DNA of 64,000 nucleotides from contig JBLWGC010000230.1 in assembly GCA_048772705.1 (NCBI GenBank), forward strand, positions 1,662,051 to 1,726,050, read 5' to 3'. Both the position numbers and the translations under genes were made by a program. Numbering within the stretch: the stretch's first letter is position 1; each line of letters opens with the position of its first letter. This DNA is from Leidyana gryllorum EB-2025a. Lineage: Eukaryota; Protista; Apicomplexa. Under the pieces are notes generated by a model, which was not told the origin of the DNA, did no database searches, and saw only the letters and a list, made by a program, of their open reading frames with translations. Of this stretch, positions 35,611-64,000 are shown one piece after another.

Positions 35611-37354
35611 ATGAAACGATCTACAAGTGCTCCCGCTGCACAAACCCGTATCCCACTCGGTCTCAATCGCCATTGGCTGATTGCCATCGCGTGTGTCCTT
35701 TGCGTCATCAATGGTCCAGTAGTTTTGAACTGGCCTCCAATTCGTTCTCTTTTGGTGGAGTCCGGTGTTTACTCATGGAGATGCAAAGTCGGAGACCCGC
35801 TGGACTCGGATCTTACCTGCGCGGAACAACGCAAAGCCATCGCGTTGTTAGGGAATCTTGGCCAAACCTTCATGTTTGTTGGATCGGTTTTGGCCGGATA
35901 TGTCGCTGACACCTTCGGCCCCAGACTGGCCGGCTGCCTTGGCTCCTTGTTCTTCGTCATCCAGCATATGTGCACAGCTGTCTCAACTCAATCGTTTCAG
36001 CTGTACATACCGGCGTACATATTCGCTGGCTTGGGAATAGAGATGAGTTTCTTTGCACTCATTACCATTGCGAATCTGTATCCTCGGAACCAAGCGTTCG
36101 CACTCTCTGTCATGGGAACGTTCAGATCGATATCAATGGCATATGCGCTCTTCCAAGGAGCCGTCACCGTACCAGGACGATTCAATATTCGCGCAATGAG
36201 TATCTTATGTGCATCCATCGCCTTAGGAATGGGTGTCCTCTCCTTCTTTATCCTTCCCACTGAACCTTTCCGTCTGATCAAAGACAAGCGACCTCCTGCA
36301 CTGGAAAATGGTGATGTCGACCTGGAGCAACCAGGTCCAGTCGACTCTGGTGTACAGGACAGTTCCGATCATCCTGCCGAATTGATACCTATGGCTAGTA
36401 CCGCGATCCCGGAAACCAATATGGACCTTCTGAAGCGCGCTCTTCGTCTGGCTGCGAAACCTGTGTACCTGGCCTGGATTGTTTACTTTGCATTGGCATA
36501 TTCCCGCGGAGTATTCTATGCTCTCAGTCTGCAGGACCAACATCCTGACGTTGTTGATGCTTATGGTGAGTGTGATTAGTGGTGTATTGTACGCTTTGGA
36601 CCATTCCGCGATTCCTGATCGATGCAAAGATCTGATCGCTCAGGAAAGGCAATGTGACGGGTTCGGCACAACATGTCTCGCTCGTGTGTGTTGTGCGTGT
36701 CGTGCGCCCAATCGGCGGTTCTTGCACCTGTTCTTCCCTCTCAATTCGTTCTTCTTCAGCGATTCTCTCACCTCTGAGTTTCCTCCCCTGCCCTTTCCTG
36801 GGGTACTTAGCCGACAAGGTCGGCATGCTCTGGGTAAGTTTGTGGCAGAACAGTGACCTTACAGATGGGTTCTTTGATGCATAGGTCTTGACACTACTGA
36901 ATACGACTGGCACTGTGATGTACATCTGCCTGGCGTCGGGTACGAGTCTAGCTGCCCAATGGATTGCTGTTCTGGGGAGTTGCATATTGATGTCCTTCTT
37001 GGCTAGTCAAAACTATTGTTACATAGCCGGCGCATACAGCGAGAAAATGCAAGGAAAGCTGGCTGGCTTTGCCATGCTGGTTGCTGGATTGGTGAGTCAG
37101 TCGCGTTGTGTGAGGATGAAGTCGATGTTCTGCAGCTTAATTTTGTAAACACACCATTGTACAATTGGGCCACCGACTCTGACCACTTCCAATCTGTAAA
37201 TTATCTATATCTGGGAGTGAGTGGTCTGCTGTTCTGTTTGTTGGGTTTCCTGGTCCTGAAAAGGAAGACGACAGAAGGGTACCAGGCCAGGCATCCAACG
37301 GAGGAGGAGGAAGTCACCGCCACTTTGGTTGTGGCAGGAAAGGAGAGTAGCTAG
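35611..37354 (+). CDS. MFS transporter (LAT3/SLC43/ApiAT-like), 4 exons
   Basis: Multiple TM helices; SGVYSWRC; GYVADTFGPR and GYLADKVG (MFS motif A). Confidence 0.85.
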
Positions 37355-37511
37355 GGATGCGCGAAGGAGTGGAGTAGCCACTATTTTGTGCTCTCAGCGC
37401 AGATTTAGAGTTGCTGTGACGAACCACTTCTCACTTCGAATCAACCAATCTCCTCTGCCCCTTTAAGTAAATCAACTTGAGTCAAAATTAGTTTATTTCC
37501 AACCGTATGAG

Positions 37512-56601
<19,090 letters not shown>

Positions 56602-56727
56602 AAACATCAGCAAGAACTTAGCAGTCAGCCGACCCTGCTCTTCGTGGGAGGCAACCATACCACCTGATCGGTCGTATCAATAACCTCATAGTCACTATCT
56701 ACACCTCCAAATGACATTGATATACGC

Positions 56728-58720
56728 CTAACTATCTCTATCGGGAACAGTGGGTACAGTGCTGGTGTCCTGGGAGGACTCATCTTGCGACACCACAACT
56801 GCCTTCCTCTCCATGGCTGAAGGAGCGGCATCGGTCGGTGCACGTCGAATAAACGCAGAGCTATACTGCTGCATTTCCTGTTCCTGGATGGATTGCACTT
56901 CACCGCCCTCCACTCTATTCAGCATCGCAGACATGAGAGACCACCCTCGGTCGAACATCTGCTTGACGGCGAAGGTGGCTCGGTAAACTGGCCCGGATGC
57001 TCCGACCAAGAGCCAGGCAGCGCCTCTCTGAGCGACTGAGCCCGGGTCCGAGCGTATTTCGTCCACCAACAGGTGCCAGTTGTCACTCCAGGCAAAACCT
57101 TGTGATGCAGGAACGTAGACATTCAGCAGAGTCCCACAGAAATTGGGCATGGGAGGATGGGGGCCACTTCCAGAACCACCACACGGCTGCGTCTCGCCTG
57201 TAGGGCTCCGGCGAGCATGTGCGGCAGGCGGTCTGGGCGGCACCCAATCCTCGGGCACTACATCAGCAAATACACGAAGGAGGGTCCTAATGAGCAGCAT
57301 AGGCAGAGCAACCACTGCGGCGAGCAGGATCTGCAGCAGAGAAGTGATGATGCAGGCAGGTCGCCAATTCACCCACTGGGAGCAGAATCAGTTTGGCGAG
57401 CAGTCCTTGACCACTTAGTTCGTGCCAGAATCGGTGGTATTTGAAGAGTCCTACATGACGCCAGAACTCCAGCCTGTCAGGATCATAAAAGTCAAAGGTG
57501 TCAAAGTCTTCTGGCCGGCCCGGCCGGAGGTCTGGATCTCTGATGTCTCTGTCGCCAGAAACGGGCACGACAGTACCGTCTGGGCCGAGACATCCAGGCA
57601 CGGCTTTCCTGAGATAATCGACGACACAAACATTGAACAGACAACTCTTGAGTTGGGCGGCCTGGACAGCATCCCAACCTTCACTCTTCTTCAGCAGTCC
57701 GCCTACTTGTGGTGATCGATCACCCCCTCTCCCCACTTTGGCTGTATCGTTCAGAGCGCTAAGACTTCTCGGCGGGATTGAGAAGTCCGTCATGATGACC
57801 GTACCACTGTCCGACGACGACGACGGGACATCCAGCGACATCTCCTCCAAGTCACCATCAGCTTCACCCAACCTCAAGAAAGGCTTGATGTCCTTTGTCC
57901 ACCCCATCACTCTACCGCTGAGTGCTCCTTCGTCCTCCTCCTTGGCTTCCAGACGTCTCATCAAAGGGCCCGCTGGTTTGACCGCAGGTATCACTTCTTT
58001 ACAATGATCAACACATGACATGAAGCTGACCAGTGGTCGACATTTGAGTTCGTTTCGAACTTCAATGGGGGGAAGCAAATGGTCCAACTTGTCCGCCCGT
58101 TCATCCTTTGGACTGCCGCTAGAGGGCTTCTTGGGGACATTGCCGGGGGGTGGGTTGGTGCCGATCTGAGAATCGTCCCGGGACTTTTTGTTCTCCTTGG
58201 CTTTCTCTTTCTCTTTCTCTTCCTCTTTCTCTCTCTCCTTCTTGTCTTTCTCTTTCTTCTCTTTGATCTTTTCCTTCGCTTTGTCGTCTTGGTCAGAATG
58301 AGCCTTCTGTCTGCCCTCCCACACCTCCTTGACTTTACTCCAGAGACCCATTTCGGCTCCTACGTTTGCAGAGGCAGCTTTATCTTCCTTCTCGTCTTCA
58401 GCATCACCTCCCAGCCAATTATTCCACCCGTCAGGGATACTCCGCTTCATAGTGTCCAGCCAAGTTTCAGTTTGATTGACGACTGGCTCCCTCCGCGGAT
58501 CCCATAGGATGTTGTTGTGCTCTTCGGGTTGGTGATCAACATGATCTACGGTAGCGGTTGTACTAGTACTAGTACTACTTTTCGTAGTATAGGCAGGGGA
58601 TTGAGTTGGTACAACCCATTCTTTTACAGCATCAATATACTTGCGAGGTGCATTCCAAAAGGATTCCTCCGCTTGACCACTCACATGTACCAATATGAAG
58701 GCCAAACTCAGCAGGTGCAT
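56728..58720 (-). CDS. Hypothetical type I membrane protein (signal peptide, K/E-rich tract, Cys residues, TM)
   Basis: MHLLSLAFILVHVSG start. An intron GTGGGT..CAG near 57330-57376 joins the two ORFs into TM LLAKLILLP|ILLAAVVALPMLLI. Confidence 0.6.
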
Positions 58721-58787
58721 GACTCGATAAATTTGCTATATCCGCCGATCTAGGGTTGGTGCATGCTAACACATTTCTGATTCAAGA

Positions 58788-59450
58788 ATGGCTGGAGCTG
58801 CAAAGTTTGCATCACAAGATATCAAGGATGTCATCGCCGCTGAGGCGGGCGACATTGAGAACACTCCTGGACCCCAGGGATACTACGAAGAGATGGTCAA
58901 CAGTGAGCTCATTCCCGCTGAGCTCCCTTGCGAAGCCTACGGTCTGTGGAATAACCAGGGATACCTCCTCGCCGCTGCCAGCGCTGACGGCATGAACGCG
59001 TGGTACTTCCACTGCAATGCTGGCGAAATGCCCTACTGGTCGGATACCAGCTATCCTGCCGAGGACAGAGAAGGCAATGCAATCAACGTTACCGAAGGAC
59101 AACTCATGGCTGATTTCATCGCCGGAACCAGCACCTTCTTCTACATCAACGGCGAAAGATTCACCCTTACCGGTTCGAGAGAAGGCCACGATGATGAGTT
59201 CGCTTATCTCTGTACATGCAGTGCCTCCTCCGGACGTGGTGCTATTGCCACCTTCGACACAGCTGGCACTGGTGTCTCCATCCACATTTTCTCCACCTCT
59301 CCTGCCGTGAGAACTGAAGAGCGTGTCGGCCTCGACAAGATCGGCCCTGACTTTGACAATGCCGCTGTCGATGCTCGTGGCGCTCTTCCCGACAAGATCT
59401 CCAAGTACACCAGCGAGACATACAGTCCTTTCTACTACACTGCCAGTTAA
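58788..59450 (+). CDS. Divergent apicomplexan-type profilin-like protein, intronless
   Basis: Aligns by eye to Toxoplasma profilin: [21 protein letters not shown]~[34 protein letters not shown]~[19 protein letters not shown]~VWIGGQKY. Confidence 0.65.
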   Translation: [220 protein letters not shown]

Positions 59451-59572
59451 ATGATACATGACGCCCAACATCCATATATGTTCAATGGTGATTGAAGAGT
59501 CTCAGAAAGCTGAAGCCGTTCGAGATGTTCTTGTCCGTTTGAGACTCCAATGCGGCCTACGCAAGCTCTGTG

Positions 59573-60253
59573 TCACCGTAAAGGTACAGGCTGATGTTGA
59601 CCAATAAATGTAAGGGCTTCAAAAAGGCTTGCCGCATGGATGGGCGCTCGCACCCTCTTCCTCCTGGTGACCAGGACCACCTGAGAAGCGTTTCCTTTCG
59701 GAGGCCGAGCTGCCACGTTGGATTCGTCTTCCGGAACCTCTGTTGGAGGCGTTAACCGCGACTTGAGCTCTTCGACTCCACTCAAGACAATTTGCTCATC
59801 AATGGGGCGACCATCTCTCATGTCTATGCCGTCCAAGATCATTCGCGCCTCACCTGGCTCCCCCAATTTGTACATCAGCCCCGGACTGTCCGAGCCAAAA
59901 TCTATGTATTCCACGCACTGATTGCTGGAAGATGTCTTTGGATCCGAGGCAACATCGCCAGCTGGTGGGTAAGGGGCCTGCGTCTTTTTCAAGTATGCGT
60001 GCAGTTTGTGATGGAAGGATCGGATATCTTCATCAGGGTGACTAGCGAAGTAGCCAGAGAGCTCTCCGTGGGACTGATAGAAGTTTGTGACAAGAAGGTC
60101 TATGTAGTACCTAACCTGGTCAGTCCACTGGTTCAGACAAGCTGCTACACTATCATTTGCGGCGGATGCATATAGGGGTCTGCAGGGGTATCTGAGACCC
60201 ACTGTTCAACTATCTAACCTCGGAACGAATGGACTTATATTGAAGCGACGCAT
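59573..60253 (-). CDS. Hypothetical protein, 2 exons
   Basis: MRRFNISPFVPR spliced (GTTAGA..CAG) into ORF 59573-60202. Confidence 0.5.
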
Positions 60254-60308
60254 TTTTCATTCATGCACACACGTGTTTGGTGTCTCCAGAACAAAGCACG
60301 CATCCGAG

Positions 60309-61630
60309 CTAAAACCTAACAGAAGAATTGGCCTCGGTATTGGTCTGCGTCTCGGGATCGCTCTCTTCTAAAGACTGGCGAGCTCGTAAAGCTTTCGCCA
60401 TCATATTGGGGTGTCCAGTGGGTCTAGGTAGCGATATCGGCGAGTTGTTTAGATCTGCACTCACACTCTGTTGCGTACTCGGGAAATCCTCTTGGCTGCC
60501 CGCTCTCTTTCAGCCCATTCGGGGTCAGCGTACTTGTCCTATGTGTGTTGTGTTGAGCGCGGCACTAATATGTGCTCTCACCTCTATCATAACATTGCTT
60601 TGAAGATCGAAGGAGCTCTGATGTCTTGGTTGAGAATCGAAAGGATGAGTTCCTGGTTCCTCATCCTCATCGTAGTCAGGTCCCGCCGATGAAGAAGGCT
60701 CATCCTCATCATCGACGTGAGCAGCGGCCAGTCTGGCGAGCTCAGCTGGAGTGTACTTGGGGAAGCCTGTGGGGTTGCGTCCCTTGCGCCTTGCATAATT
60801 AGAGCCTCCCTGTTTGAGTGGTGCCTCACTGGCTTCACCTCCGATCAACTGCTGAGCAGTTTCACGGAAGTTAACTCTTCCACTGGGTGATGGGGCAATG
60901 AAGCCGGTGGCTGTGGACCGGCTGGAGGCAAAGAGCTTTGGGAGCTCCCATTCAAGGCCGGGCATGAGATCGAGAGTTTCACTCATGTCACTGTCCTGAA
61001 CGTTCGGACGTTCTCCATCTTGGATCATCCTCTCCATGCGGCGAAGTTCGTCAGTGGTCTCCAAAGTCATACCTTGGAAGACATTCTTGCGAACAGTATC
61101 GGCCTAGCGGAGGCTGTGGTAGACGACAGGTATGCTAAAGACTTACGAGCCGTTCGAGGACGTGTGCTCGTTGGATGACTCTCCTAAGATAAAAGGGGGT
61201 CAGGTACAAAGTCATGAGTTGTGTCTGCATGATAGTGCGTGTGGCATGGGATCCGGAGAACAAGGATTGAAGCTTACAATGGCTTTCTTGTGGACAATTT
61301 TGCCAGTGGGGAGAACCGCTTCCGCTCGGTCACTCTCTTCGGCTTCGTCATTCTCGTTGAGGTCCTTTACGCTTTCGATGAACAAGTTTAGTCCCAACCG
61401 TGTGAATTTCTCATACAAGTCCATCTCTGCGCCAAGAATAGCATGGTGTGCTGAGGCCTTCCCACTTACCCTCAGCGAATATAGCCAGATCAAAGTCTTC
61501 TTCAGTTAAGTTCTCCAACAGGGTGGACATAGGGGCGCAAGAGAAAGCCATCAGGCTCTACAGTCAGCCAGCATCACGCGATAATACAACCCGGACTCAC
61601 CAAATGTCTCTCGTCATACTCACTTGCCAT
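60309..61630 (-). CDS. Hypothetical protein, multi-exon
   Basis: MASEYDERHL|SLMAF..FAE|EMDLYEKF; several phase-compatible short introns; TAG at 60309-60311. Confidence 0.55.
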
Positions 61631-61727
61631 GGCTGACGACTGTGAATATCTTAATGCAACAGTTCTTCAGGACGATCTGGTCATCCAACCGAAAATGTGC
61701 GGAGCGTGCAGCCAACATGTTCCATAT

Positions 61728-63267
61728 CTATTGATAGACACGCACGTCAGGAAGGTCCCACGGCCCTCGTAAATCACTGTTGAGAACCTTTGTGCGACCC
61801 ATCAACCCTCACTTATACTCACTGGCGGTATTTTTGGGAGCTCATAAACAAGATCGGCGCTCCCAGACATATCACCATCAACCTGCCACATTGACATTCC
61901 GTTCGCGGCGACAAACTCAACGTACCCCAGTATATAGATTCGGGTCACACCCAGCCCACAACTCTTCCACAGCAACAACAATGTGGTCACAAGCAACACA
62001 CTAGTCAAACCGTAGTGGTGCCAACGTTCGCTCCATCCCTGCACATACATAATCAATTCCCAATACCGATCTCCCTCGCACTTCAATCACTCACATAGAT
62101 ACTCCGTCTCAAGATGGATGACAGTCCGAATACCCTGTGGCCAATCATACAGCCCCAGACCAACTGGACTTACAGCACACCCAAGAAGATGAACGCAAAG
62201 ACGTCATCTGTACTCGACAGACGCGACGCGAGCAAGACTGTTCCAAACATTGCAGCGTTTATCGCCACTCCCCCGGCCCAATTATCTTTCTCTCGCATTA
62301 CGAATGTATAATCATACACAGTTAGATGGAGAGCGAACACAACTGATATAATCAACAATCTCAGTCGACCAGTTGTACTTCTCACTTGTTGACAATAGGA
62401 TTACAGTGTCGTCGCTGAAAGTACCTGTCAAGGTTTGCAAGATCGGACAAATTGCCTGAAAACGAGTGAGTCACATCCATAGCGTGGGCCACCATCATAC
62501 CTTGACACAACCAAATAGTACAATGGCCCGGGCGGCATTGAATCCTGTACTTCTAGTCGAGTTAGTCTCGAAAAGGCGGAAGAACAAATAGCTGAGAGAC
62601 AGGAAATGAATAGATCAAGGGCCCACACACGTGTGCATACCCGACAACCAGCAATAGGCAATCGCATATGAGCAAAATGTCGCGGATAAAAGGACTCGGG
62701 CGACGCAGTAGGCGCCACACACAAATATAAAGAGTCACCAGGCAGACAGGTTGTAGCAGAAACGCCATACTGACCACTAATTGTGTATATGAGTATTCCC
62801 GAGTCGCAGCTGCCTCGCGATCAGGATCATTTCCTTATTAGTGGGCTACAGCTCACCACTTGTCATCAGGTAATTAAGGAATTGGTCACGATCGGTATAA
62901 TTGTCTGGGAATGGCTGCTTCTGATACAGTATTTTCCGCCAGAAGACAGGTTTGAGACGTCCGTTGGACTTAATTAGTACACAACCCGTTCTCTTGGGGA
63001 GCACTACCAGAGGGTGTCGCGACGCTGCTCGACATCCCTCATCGGGGACCATCACCTGAGGAGGGGGTGGGGGTGACCAGATCGCTTGGTTTGAATGCGA
63101 CTAACCTCTGGGCAAGGCGATCCACACGTTGTGCATCGTGCGTCACGGCCTTCGGGGAAGGGGGTACCATCAAAAGGGCAGTGGGAGCATTGTAGAATTC
63201 TCCAAGTATCACATCCAACGCTTGGCGATTCGGATTGCGGGGCATCAAAATTCTCGGGCCCACTCAT
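61728..63267 (-). CDS. PIGC: GPI-GlcNAc transferase subunit PIG-C/GPI2, multi-exon
   Basis: WRKILYQKQPFPDNYTD, CPILQTLTGTFSDDT, AINAAMFGTVLLASRL, DLRGPWD. Start is either 63267 (extra exon) or 63052. Confidence 0.9.
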
Positions 63268-64000
63268 GTCAGTCCGCAAGTACGCCAAGTATACCAGTCG
63301 TGAAGCCAACGGCAAAGTGTCGTGTGGGTTGCAAATACGGTTTAATTCATCACACACAGTCGTTTTGTGCACTCAGGAAGACACAATTCACATTCTCGAT
63401 GTGGATTCACAGGGCCAGTCACACCTCATCAGTGAATGCCGCTTCCCAGTGAGCTCTGGTTGGCTGCTGCCGGATTGTTAACCGACTACATTCTAGTTTG
63501 AATGCTACGGAAGGGTGACAGCGCTGACTTGGTTAGAAATCGACCGAAATGTGGTGTGTTTGGGTACTGATGCCGGCTATCTGCTGATTCTGAGTAAGCG
63601 CTGAGCGACGATCACCAATGTATTACACCCCCGCCAGCCGGGCCCTCATTCACGCGTTTCACGGTGTTGCCGACATGGAGTCTGATGCCACCGTTCTTGG
63701 ATCTCAAACAAGCGCACGGTGGGTGTCGATTGTGCAGAGCAGTCCCCACATCACTGGTCTTCCAGAGAAAGGGGTGCTGATCTCGCTGGGCGCAACAGGG
63801 GTGGTCACATTTATGTCCATTTCACCCGTCATCTCTGGATACCCTCACGAGTGTCCGTATCGTGTGAAAGAAACGCGAGCACAACCACTGGAAACCAGCC
63901 AAGATCACGCCAACTCTTCTCCGTTTCGGGTGAGACTCTGAGAGAGGAGTCAAAGACTCTCCTTCTAGAAACCTCTCTTCCGCCTCCTCTATGTTTCCAC
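63266..64000 (+). CDS. Beta-propeller protein (possibly Rab3GAP regulatory subunit-like), 3'-partial
   Basis: MSVRKYAK..; spliced VTALTWLEIDRNVVCLGTDAGYLLI. Confidence 0.45.

Noticed and set aside
60309-61630. Condensin II CAP-H2 resemblance (NFRETAQQLIGG)
   Set aside because: A single short motif with the wrong spacing and position; insufficient evidence.

Overview
Very compact eukaryotic genomic DNA with short (mostly ~35-60 nt) GT-AG introns. It is probably an apicomplexan, and possibly a gregarine; this is inferred from the GKVGG-repeat H2A.Z, an apicomplexan-type profilin, a bacterial-type GS-I and an ApiAT/LAT3-like transporter. I assembled about 28 protein genes by hand-splicing: WD40/PHD/bromodomain protein, tRNA-splicing endonuclease, BAP31, glutamine synthetase, actin-related protein, DUS1, four tandem GH19 chitinases, ORC2-like, SEC12-like, H2A.Z, Alba-like, pinin, dynactin p25, a divergent H2B, DPM3, glyoxalase-II-like, MFS transporter, a ~19 kb HUWE1/Tom1/UPL1-type HECT ligase, profilin-like, PIG-C and several orphans. 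There is also a tRNA-Sec(UCA). Main points of interest: (1) a four-gene array of plant-type GH19 chitinases with an unrecognised Cys-rich module, membrane anchors, acidic tails (one with a FFAT-like motif), a shared 17-bp upstream motif and mosaic similarity; (2) extreme gene packing, with 4-41 bp spacers and one divergent pair apparently sharing a CATG, plus CACACAC/GTGTGTG motifs in micro-spacers and in rare long introns; (3) a divergent acidic-tailed H2B variant; (4) a tRNA-Sec. All gene models are manual predictions without RNA or database evidence.
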